Source: Octopus sinensis
Lineage: Eukaryota
DNA: 64,000 nucleotides
Assembly: GCF_006345805.1 (NCBI RefSeq)
Contig: NC_043000.1
Location: 43,648,001 to 43,712,000, forward strand
Direction of reading: 5' to 3'
Shown here: piece after piece, positions 53,407-64,000 of the stretch
How positions within the stretch are numbered: position 1 is the first letter of the stretch
Layout of the letters: each line of letters begins with the position of its first letter
The notes under the pieces: model-generated
The model's input: the letters and a program-made list of their open reading frames with translations, nothing else
Database searches by the model: none
What the model was told of the DNA's origin: nothing
Position numbers and translations under genes: made by a program

Positions 53407-53609
53407 AAATTCTGAAATTAATAAAAAATTGAACACCTGTTACAGTTTCTCCAAAATTTTTCTGGAATAAATTAATAACAAATTCGGATTCAACGTCAAA
53501 AATTACATCTATATGACACATGCAGTGACGAAACCTCAAACATCCTTTTGATGAACTCAATTTTACTAAAAATACAATGGAAACTGAATAAAAAAAAGCG
53601 AAACGGAAA

Positions 53610-54800
53610 CTTACTTATCCTTTTCTTTTTCTCTCCTTCTTTGAGTCATTGGACAGCAGACTTGCTGCAGTATTTGTAGGCACGTAGCAAGTCGATCGCA
53701 ACTAGGGAGGCTATCTTCATAGCTGGGGATGGTGAACAGATCTCTAAAAATCGTACTGTTTATAAAATTTGATTACGTCTTTCACGAAAGTTCACAACAC
53801 GAAATAATAAAATCAGCTTACATTCATTTAACACTAGTGCAATCTACGGCGACGCAATGCAAGAATTTATTAAAATCGTCCTTGATTATATTTGATTTGT
53901 ATTTACTAAGGGAAGCATGCACCACGAGGTTTGATTTTTGCTGGTGCTTCATATTTCGTCGTAAGGGTGTCCTAATTAGAGTTAGCATCGAGAACGATGA
54001 CGGACATGTGGCTGTGCTGATCCAAATGTTAATGCTGCACCATACAATAGATAAATATTTCGTAAGGCATCCTTTGCAATACGTTAAGATCCAAACATGT
54101 CCAGCAGTGTCATCATACTTTGTTCGGAAATGTATGTTTAGCCACAGTAATTTCAGACATTTAGGTCGATTTATCGCAATTTTTGCTGATGCTTTAAAAC
54201 TCAGGTGTTTTAAAGCATCAACATACAAAAATTCACGGACATTGGTAGGAGGCTTCACAAGGAAGAATATATGCTGCCGTTTTGCTCTGAAAATTTATCA
54301 TCTAGCTCTCCCAAGCTTTCATCGATGATCGCGAAATATATTTTACGGTAAAAGATTATCCAATCATCTTGTAATTGTAGCAGGGCTTCAACGACATAAT
54401 CTGAGAAACGTTGGGATCCGCCAGGATTTCAGTGTTCCCCAATAACATTATGTTACATTTGTTTCAGAATCTCATCAAATATTAAAAATATCTCAGTTTG
54501 GTTATTTAACTCTTGGCAATATTAAGAAGCCCAAGGCCATGGTGTATATCACAATTGTGACTCTGAAACTGTTTGTCTACTGGCCTAATCCTATGCAGAA
54601 ATTTGCTAAGAACAAGGGCTAGAAAAACAAACCTTTTGGAAAGAACTTGATCTAAGATTTCAGTTGCTTCAATATACGTTTTTGAATTTGATGAATGTGT
54701 GCACTCGGTTAGCAAACTAACAATTTTAGAGTGATTTTCTGAAGCAATGACACTGAAACGACCCGACCATCTATGCTCTATAAGACGTGCAATTTCAATA
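53610..54800 (-). mobile_element. hAT-family transposase relic (C-terminal ~400 codons)
   Basis: ORF 54506..54874 has LIEHRWSG (hAT RW motif)...EATEILDQVLSKRFVF...QFQS. ORF 53824..54258 plus a shifted frame gives DALRNIYLLYGAALTFG/STATCPSSFSMLTLIRTPLRRNM, the hAT C-terminal dimerisation motif. Confidence 0.8.
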
Positions 54801-54801
54801 T

Positions 54802-54943
54802 CAACAACAACAACAACAATAACAGCATTGAAAAATACCTTGAGAATGGGAACCCAGGTTCGAAATTTCCCCAAGACACCTGAACAACAAACAAGATGAG
54901 GACAGATATCCGATATCCGTCGAATGTAAATAAAGTAAATAAT
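54802..54943 (+). mobile_element. Penelope-like pLTR (family C) with hammerhead core deleted
   Basis: AAAAATACCTTGAGAATGGGAACCCAGGTTCGAAATTTCCCCAAGACACCTGA|ACAACAAACAAGATGAGGAC aligns to 38060-38215 except for ~38 nt (38122-38159). Confidence 0.8.
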
Positions 54944-57253
54944 GGAAACAAAATAGATCCGAATTTATGTATTTTTGAATTAAACTCGAAAAGATTTCAG
55001 TTCAAACAAATATTTTCAATTTCTTCAAATTATGTCTCTTTAATTAAACACAAAAGGATTTCAGTACAAATTTGGCTATCTTTCGTTTTGACTAGAATTA
55101 TGTCAAGAAATTATTCGGTAATTTCTGTGAGCACGTGTTGTCTTGTTAATTGTTAGTGGAAAGAGGAAACTAACGGGTTGTACGTGCGTGCGGACTTGTT
55201 CCTATGTGTGTGTGCGTGCGTGCTTGTTTTGTTGTCATGTATTTATGTGTTGTGGAAATCACACACAGAGGAACAAGAATGCATTCACACACACACCACA
55301 TTCAGACACTGACACACATTCACATACACAAGAACAAGCAAGCACATAGACACAGACAAGCACGCACACAAACAGGAACAAGCACGCCTCGTACACATAC
55401 ACATATATAGAGTAACAAACACGCACGCACGTACAACCTATTAGCTATCTCTTTCCATTTCGATATGTAAATTGACAGTTGAGAAGACAACACGTGCTCA
55501 CGGAAATTACCGAATAATTTGTTGACAAAACAAAAATTATTTCGCGAATCTTCTCAGCTGAAAAAGTCTTTCCGAATGTATATTTTAGAAAATTTCAAAT
55601 TGTAAACTCAAAATACCAATGATGGAAATTTTTTCTTACCTTTTTCGCGAATTGAAAAACTCGATAATAATTCTGTGTCTGATGGGAATAAAATGACTTG
55701 TTAATTTTTTTCTCTGTTCATATACATACCTGTGTATGGATGCGTTATCAGTACCATAAATCCCTCTCTAACAACCACCAGCAGCAACAGCGATAACAAC
55801 AACAACATGTTTTCTCTTCAAATAATTTTCAATAGCAACAACTACCACCACAGCAACAACAACGTTAAGCACCACAACAGCAACAACAACTAACCCAGAC
55901 TCAACCTCTAACACTCCATCATTCAACCACAATTGTTGACCTACTTAATGAAACGGTCAACTTTTCAGATTCATATTGTTATCCACCAAGCAATTCTACA
56001 GCAACAAAAATCACCACCCCAATAATTACAGCTACAACAACCTCTTTACTGACCCATTCGACATATACCACTCGCGATCGCAAGCACACACACACACACG
56101 CACACACATGTACACGCACATGAATCAAAGCAACCTATTGTCGCTAAAGTGTCAAAAATTTAATAAAATTGTCCACAATAGGTTTTGTGAAGAGGTATGT
56201 TTCTATCTTTTTTTTCGTTAAAAGTATTGTCTTCAACTGTCTACAAACTCAACCATGCTGAGATGATGTATTTTTCCAAGTGTGAATAAAACACATTTTC
56301 AAACTGGAGGGGCTGAAATACTAACTAGAGGCGCTAAGCACCCAGTAGCCGCGCCGTGACTACGTTGATGCATTTATTTTGCACAGATACACGAACACAA
56401 AACAAAGACACAGGGGCACACAGACAAACACATATACACATATGGTGTTCCAGCGTGTTCCCGTCTACCTAATAATTAAATAAAGCATTGGCCACCTTGA
56501 AGCTATATAGTAAAAGGCACGTATTGACATGCCTCTGCAATAAGCTTGAACACGAAATTAAGGTGTTGATGAACGACATTTTAACTACGCACACGTGCCT
56601 GCAATTTTTTGAAAGAATTAAAATAATCTAAACTTTCTCTATAGTTTAAGAACTGAACATAAATAAATACAAAACCAATTCAGGAAAGGAAACAAACTTG
56701 GGTTTGTTTCTTCGTTCTATGAAGTTAGTAAATTATTGCACACACAAAAATCACTCTCTTACATACGAGGTAATAATATTCACACATAGAGTAAGACAGA
56801 CACACGTATGTGTGTGTTTATAGTGTATAATAAACACGCTACATACAAACGCTTAACATGAAAGAATAAGGAAAACATAAGGCAAATGGGAGAGAAAAAG
56901 AAAAGGGAAAGGTTGTGGGGTAGAGGAAAATATTATAAAACACAAAATGATATGAGCAAACTAAAGTAAATCAACTCAGATTAAAGGTAACCTAAAAGAA
57001 AATCTGTCAGGCTTTGATTTTAGACTTGATTCGCAAAACACAAATGAAATATTACAGACGTTTAGAAAAAACTTTTTTCTAAAATATCAAGAGTAGTTTC
57101 AAATATAGCTTATAAATGAAAACAGCATATCACACACATTCATACATATATAGATATATCTCTGCATGTATGCATGTATGTATGTATGTAAGTTGTAATG
57201 CATATATATGTACATATGTATGTATACACATATAAGTACACACACACACTTAC

Positions 57254-57284
<31 letters not shown>

Positions 57285-58095
57285 ATATATATGTTTGCAT
57301 GTATGTATTTATGAATGTAGGTATGTATGTATAGATACTTACATAAACCATATTTTAAAAATGTGTCAGGAGAGAAGAATCAAATAAGTGAAGAAAATGA
57401 TTTCAATATTTAGCGCGATAATTCTAGATAACATCTTTATCACATTTACGACAAAAATACATCAGTCATTTACAAAAAGATTCCTATGAGAAATTAGTAA
57501 GATGAAGGAGATTATCTTTAATAGATTGCAACGCAGTATAACAACTTGCAGATGCTTCTTCTTATCTATGTATACATTTCCCAAAGGAATATTTCTTACG
57601 TAGAAATTTGCTGTATAATGAATGATGCATCTAAAAAATTTCAACATTCTTCTCTGGATATTGTACATTCAGTTATTTATTTTTAATTTACTGTTTAAAT
57701 TTTAAATAATATACAATTTTGTTGTACAACGTACATTCATTTTTCCAACGGGGTTAAGGCGTCTTTTGTAAGTAAAATTGAATACATGGCATATTAACTC
57801 TCTGGGCAAGATTTCTTTTTACCGTCAATTGAGAGTGGAAGCGATTTCATAGTTCTGCCGATTTTCGTTGTAGCCTCTTATGCCAAATTTAGCAAGTTAT
57901 AAATGCCATATGACATGTAGTGTTCAATCTAAACGAAGACAGTTAGTGAATATTTCCTGTTACATCACATCAAGGAATAGGCGAGGTATTGTTTCCCAGA
58001 ACGTGTTTTAAATTTGGAACAATTAAGATTCGCTAAGGTTTAATTCACACTATCTCTACTGCAGTTCACAGTGTTCGTACGCTTTTGTCTATCAG

Positions 58096-58158
58096 AAGAT
58101 TTGCAATCATTATTGGAAAGAGGAAAAGATATAGACAGCGTCCACAGATCCGATTAAG
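58096..58158 (+). other. candidate 63-nt symmetric exon, unverified
   Basis: ttttgtctatcag|...AAG|gtaact. One frame is open (RFAIIIGKRKRYRQRPQIRL). No homolog is recognised. Confidence 0.15.
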
Positions 58159-58882
58159 GTAACTATTGTCTTGAGTATCTTGACAAAGAACAACTTTTTC
58201 AAAAACAATTTTATATAATAATTGTTTTCTACTAGAACATATACAAATTAACAAAATAACAGTCCCAATTAAACGATAAATCTAAATCTAATATACAAAT
58301 CCTGACAGTTCCTCATCAACAAATTGAAAAGAAATTAAATCAACAAGAAAAGGCAGAAAAATACAAAAAAACACTTATGATGGATGTCTCTGTTTTTAGG
58401 TATATGTTTGTGTAAAAAGCAGTGTCTTTGAGATTTTCCAACTCAGGGTGATAAGTCGTTCACTTCATACGAATCGTGCTCTTAGTTTTCACATGTCATT
58501 CGCATCAAAATTAACAATGTTCATTACCAGAATTAAACTGTTTAACATTTTGACAGAAAATAAACAGAGTTTCACTACACTGGCAATTTATTTAATTTTT
58601 TTTCCTTGTATATCTAAATACAGATAATTCCGTTTAGCACACGTACAGAGTTATTTATTGATATTTGAAGAATGACTAATAAATTACATTAAAGTACTCC
58701 GTTAAAGCAATAATGTACATAGTTTCATAAATCTAAAAATGTAATTAAATTAATGCTATCAGAAAACATATGATAAAGTATATTTGTATGTTAGTAAGAG
58801 AACGTAACAACGTTGAAATATCGTCCGTTGAAGACTGTACAATATTCATATATAGTTATATGTGTGTAAGTTTGTGTGCACG

Positions 58883-58914
<32 letters not shown>

Positions 58915-59894
58915 CTTGCACATGTGTCAAGATTCTTCCTTTATTTTCATACATACACTCGCAATCGTCCGTGCGCACACACATTATATATATTCCCGCT
59001 ACCAAAGATTTTGAAGAAGATATATATTGTTCAACAAAAACTTTTTACAATTTGTTTTCTTCTTTTCTAAACAAAGAAAATCTACTTGGAACTTATATCA
59101 GATTTGTCCAGACAACTTACTTCAATTATCATTTGATTTTCTATCGAAGCAGCAAAATTCATAAAACTTAAATTTATCTTAAGCTGTTTGTAAAACACGT
59201 AAACGTAAACAATAAACTTTATAAGTAAATCGAATAAATGCTAATAACATCGAGATATATAAATTAAAAAAGAAAAGACGACAATGTCAGAGAGAATCTT
59301 TTAATCATATTTCAACTTAAAAGATTTAGCTCCAGAGCTGGGCGCAGTTTGAAACAATGAAAAAAACATATTTTCTTCATCAGATTATCAGATTATTAAA
59401 ATCATCGCCACAATCAGCGATAGATCTATGTTCACAATAATCATAATAAAATCACTTCATGGTGATGATGATGGTTATGAGGATGATGAGGATGGTGATA
59501 TCATCATCACCATTTGCCAAAATGTAAACGTGTGGTTAACGGCAGAATATCTTACAAATATCACGGCTTTGATTCTCACATATCATCTTAACTCCCAAAT
59601 AGTGCATGCTTCAGCATAGAAGTTTCTGGTAATGCATTTTTAAAAAGAAGAGGTCAGCGGCATTGTATCGAGGTGTTTTATCGAATGATTTCTCACTCAA
59701 TGTTAGCCAGCTGCAAACCGTTAGACATGGAGATATGACTTACAGTAAAGCAACAAAACCAACAATATTAGAAAACGACAACTCTCATAATGTTTTGCGT
59801 GTGATTGTCGTTTCCCAAATTGCGCACATTTATTTCGTAGTTTATTTTTATTATTAGATTCGAAATTTGAATTCAGAAAGAAAAGACAGATTAA

Positions 59895-59945
59895 ATGTGG
59901 CAACACATTTCGCCCGGCGTGCTAATGATTCTGCCTGCTCACCAC
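59895..59945 (-). mobile_element. SINE 5' fragment
   Basis: CATTTCGCCCGGCGTGCTAA is the reverse complement of 43364-43383. Confidence 0.7.
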
Positions 59946-60069
59946 ATAGCACCTTAGTCATGATACCAACTTGAACTTCTAACTTATTGTTTCTTGAGGT
60001 CTCTTGGTGAGTCAAAGCAACGCCGAACATATAATAATAATAATAACAACAACAACAATAATAATAATG

Positions 60070-60117
<48 letters not shown>

Positions 60118-60214
60118 TAATAATAATAAAAACAATAATGATAAAAACAAAAAAAAACAACAACAACAATAATAATAATAATAACAACAGCAATAATACT
60201 AATGATAAACATGG

Positions 60215-61310
60215 ATACGAAGACAAAATAATGTTGTCAGTGCACGGGGTGTTTCATCGCAAGTGTGTCCCCGATAGGCTGTATGTTTGAAGTTTAATCA
60301 TTTGCCAGGATTGTATAGAAGCAGAGGAAAACAGCTTAGTTGGTACGTAAAAAATGCCCTGAAAACATTGGTGAAATATGCGAAGAAGTTTGGCGTCATT
60401 AAAACTGAGAATTGTGTGAAGAAAGAAAAACTTAACGCAAGAAAGGAACACACAAAAAAAATAAACAGCATGGAAAGAAATTAATGTACGGTCAGTTTGC
60501 AAGAGATATGGACGCCAAGACAGATACAGAAGCCAGGTGGCTTATGGATGACGGGGAGTGACCTGAACATACAGAAGCACTTATATGCGCAACACGAAAA
60601 TAACCGTCAGGGACTAACTATGTGAAGTGTAGAATCGACAACAATACCGATAGAAACAAATACAGAATGTGTGGTGAGAGAGGAGAAACGGTAGGGCACA
60701 TAATTAGCGAATGTCCGAAATTGGCATAACGCGAATAAAGAAGATGATATAACAATGTGGGAAGAATGATCCATTGGGAGCTACGTGGAAGTCACGGCCT
60801 AGAAAGAGAAAAGGCGTGGTATATCCAAACCCCAGAAGTTGTTACCGAAAATGAAAATTGCAAAATCATGTGGGGTGCAATAATGACCTGACCAGAAATT
60901 GGAAACTACACATTCTTGTGAGAGAGAAAAATAAAGAATATGCAAGACAATCGAAATTGTAGGTCTCGGTGACAATATAATCAGTGAAGAATAAAAAGCT
61001 GAAGAACTCTGACGATTTGAAATGGGAAATACGAAGGTTGTAATTAATAAGGGAAGTAGAAGTGGTATCAATAGTAATTGGCGCACTTGGAACTATCGGC
61101 GCTAAACTAACACCATTTCTCAAAAATATTGGTACACATGTAAAGGTAGAACACCTATAAAAATCAGTATTCCTTGGAACTGCAAGATTTCTTCGCAGGG
61201 TTCTTGAAGCATGACAAGTAAATAAATGACACCTTAGTCTGCTGGCTGTGGACAGTTTACACTTTACATCACATCCTAAAAATGAGCTGTGAGTCTTCAA
61301 AAAATAATGG
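60215..61310 (+). mobile_element. R4/Dong-clade LINE, 5'-truncated, between (TAA)n arrays
   Basis: HGVFHRK..DRLY, MYGQFARD, knuckle YRMCGERGETVGHIISECPKL, HWEL, VIGALGTI and KSVFLGTARFLRRVLEA* (stop 61212-61214), then a UTR and (TAA)n. Confidence 0.9.
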
Positions 61311-61396
61311 CAATAATAATAATAATATAATAATAATAATATAATAATAATAATAATAATATTAATAATATTAGTAAAATAACAACAACAACAATG

Positions 61397-61502
<106 letters not shown>

Positions 61503-61509
61503 CAAAAAT

Positions 61510-62650
61510 AAAGCCTATGACATGATCCCACACTCATGTATAAGTGGAAGTTTGAGTATACTCAGTTTGCAGACAACATAAGAGAATTAATTAGCCTTAG
61601 CATGAAGAAATGGAAAGTAGATTTCTATTCAGGTGACACAGTCTTAGGGAATGTTAATATCAAAAGAGGAATTCTCCAGGGGGACTCATTGTCCGCTTTA
61701 ATATTTGTCCAATGTTTGAACCCCCCTCAGTTTAGTATTAAGGAAGGCAAATGCAGGGTATCAGTTCAGAAATAGTAATGAAAAAATTAACCATTCGCTC
61801 TAGATGGATGATCTGAAACTTTTTAGTAAGAACGAAAAGGACATAGATTCCTTAATACAGACTAAGACTCTTCAGTAAAGATACAGGGATGGAATTTGGC
61901 ATAGGTAAGTGTGCAATATTAGTCATGAGAAAGGGATCAGGTAATGAACAGCGAAGGCATCCAATTACCAGATAGCCAGACAGTAAAATCATTGAAAAGA
62001 GGAGAGTGTTATAAGCATCTAGAAGTATTAGAATCTGACAGAGTAGTAAATACAGGAATGAAAACGAAAATTGAGAAGCGAAGACACGATAAGGTAGTCC
62101 AAAACCTTCACTGACTACTATGCCGGGAGTATGGCTACGAGGTAACGGGTGCTTGGTACCAACAGAGACTAGAAAATATAATGGACGGCAAGGGGAATGC
62201 AAAATTACTCTGGGACTTTGATTTCCAGATTAAAATGGTGTAAGAGCACCGAAGTCCGCATATGGTAACCTTCGTGATTGACAAACAAGAATGTCTAATA
62301 ATCGACGCGGCAGACCAAGAGACCAACATATTATCATGACAGAATGAGAAACGACTGATAAATATGCATGCATGAAAATTAAGATCGCCAAGATAATCAT
62401 GACGGTTGTCCCTATTGTCACTACAACCTTGGTTTCAATAACACCCAACATGAAGAAACACCTGAAAACTTTAGAAATACACTATAATCTAGGTGTATTG
62501 CAAAAATCGGTATTACTTGTAACTGCACATATATTGCTTAAAGTCTTGTCTGTCTGAGATATTTGTTGTGAATTGACAGACAGTACAAACACCCGGTAGA
62601 CACAGTATCTTCAATCAAAAACATCATGATTTTGGATACTGTGCGACGTC
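61510..62650 (+). mobile_element. R4/Dong-clade LINE, internally deleted
   Basis: KAYDMIPH, KRGILQGDSLS, MDDLKLF, KCA, then a jump to KRRHDKV...LLWDFDFQ...LQKSVLLVTAHILLKVLSV*. A (TAA)n tail follows. Confidence 0.9.
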
Positions 62651-62702
62651 TTAAATAATAATAACAACAACAACAACAACAGCAACAAAAATAATAATAA
62701 TA

Positions 62703-62737
<35 letters not shown>

Positions 62738-62859
62738 TAATAATAATAATAATAATATATGAAGTGGAAGAAAATGAGGATGAATAATAATAATAAGAAG
62801 AAGAAGAAGAAAGAAGAAGAAGGAAGAAGAAGAAGAGGAAGAAGAAGAAGAAAAAAAGA

Positions 62860-63470
62860 AAAATCCTTTATTTATTAGCCACAAGAACCTACAAAAATAA
62901 GATTGGACATTACAAAACATGAAAGACAGACGAGTTACATAAAGCGTCGTGTAAAAGTCAGTAACAATGAAAAGTATATAACAAAGAAAATGCCTAAAAG
63001 AGGCAAGCAACTCAGGGATATTCATGGAGACTCCACTAAAAATCCCTGTCTAAGTATGCTATATAAGTAGACATTACATGTCACCAATTTTTGATCTGTG
63101 TAGCGGACGATGTGAAACTGGACAACTAGTACTATCCCTATCTAAAGACTTGCTAAAAACTCTATCTAAATACGATGTGGATGTTCCGATGAGGTTTGCC
63201 CATGACTACATTGGCACATTTCGGAAATTAGTCGGTACCTGTCAGACAGCTAAAAGTGTCTGAGCAGCTTTGCGAGGCTTTTCCAACCCTCTTTCCTATC
63301 GGTTAGCCCCACACGTGAAGCCCATGTCTGTTCCCTCGTTGGTACGGTGTATATTTTCATTGCTGATATCAAAAGGAGTTCGGATTGAGAATGTGTGGCG
63401 TATTAGACTTGAAAAGAGGCAAAATAAAAAACATGAACGGGCTATCGATACCATCGGGGTGGGGGTAGGT
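62860..63470 (-). mobile_element. possible LINE 3' end (L1-like?), decayed
   Basis: The minus strand ends in AATAAATAAA before a (TTC)n/T-rich run. The upstream sequence is GC-richer and coding-like but shows no clean motif. Confidence 0.25.
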
Positions 63471-63474
63471 TAGG

Positions 63475-64000
63475 AAGCAGATAGAAGAGAAGGGCGGTAA
63501 GTACTTGGGGATTTTGGAAATGGACAATTTTATGGAGAAAGAAATGACAGAAATTTAAGGTGGAGTACTTACGCAGACAGAGATTGATACTTAAGTCGAA
63601 AGTAAACGGACGGAATAAGATCGAAGCTATCAATATCTGAGCGGTTTCACTCTTTAGATATGGAGTGAGGATAATCGCATGGACAGTAGACGAACTAAAC
63701 AGCTTAGTCACAAAGACAAGGAAGTTGATAACTAGATATGCAGCACTCCACCCAAAAAGTGACACAGACAGACTATATGTACCAAGAAAAAGAGGGGGAA
63801 GAGGACTTATTGGATGCAATCACAGCATCAGATCAGAAGAAAGCAACATAGCATGGTGAGGAAAAGATGCCAGAGAACCGTTATTATTAGATGTAAGTAG
63901 GTCAGGCTTTTGTAGTATGAAATATTACTAAGATAAAGCACTGTACAAGCATTTGAAAACGATTGAAACTGAAAATAGATGGGTAAAGAAAAGAATGCAT
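63475..64000 (+). mobile_element. R4/Dong-clade LINE RT C-terminal part, runs off the window
   Basis: KYLGILEMD...EYLRR.RLILKSKVNGRNKIEAIN...RYG...TRKLIT...LHPKSDTDRLYVPRKRGGRGLIG. Confidence 0.9.

Noticed and set aside
56295-56355. Harbinger-type MITE end (TAGCCGCGCCGTG)
   Set aside because: Only one degenerate end is present, with no matching TIR or TSD.

Overview
This is a eukaryotic, AT-rich, microsatellite-dense window with no confidently callable host gene. It looks like intronic or intergenic DNA of a coleoid cephalopod (Octopus-like). That assignment is an inference from the recurrent tRNA-derived SINE families and the TA/TAA microsatellite load. Nearly all ORFs in the track are simple-repeat artefacts or fragments of decayed transposons. 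Recognisable relics are several R4/Dong-clade LINE segments tied to (TAA)n arrays, Penelope-like RT and pLTR pieces, an L1/Tx1 RT fragment, mariner, Tc1, hAT and Helitron transposase fragments, a Tigger-like MITE, about 18 SINE copies or fragments, and several fold-back/TIR elements. The most notable signals are: (i) three different small repeat families that each carry a minimal type I hammerhead-ribozyme architecture, all mutated, truncated or deleted here; (ii) a ~1.56 kb, ~99% identical tandem duplication of a composite Penelope pLTR + L1/Tx1 + SINE unit with breakpoints in (TAA)n; (iii) long near-perfect inverted repeats; (iv) a TTAGGG-bearing element inserted in a SINE; (v) weak candidate exons and promoter-like patches. 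I found no intact novel protein system. All coordinates were read by eye, and element edges are approximate (about +/-20 bp unless a TSD or TIR fixes them).
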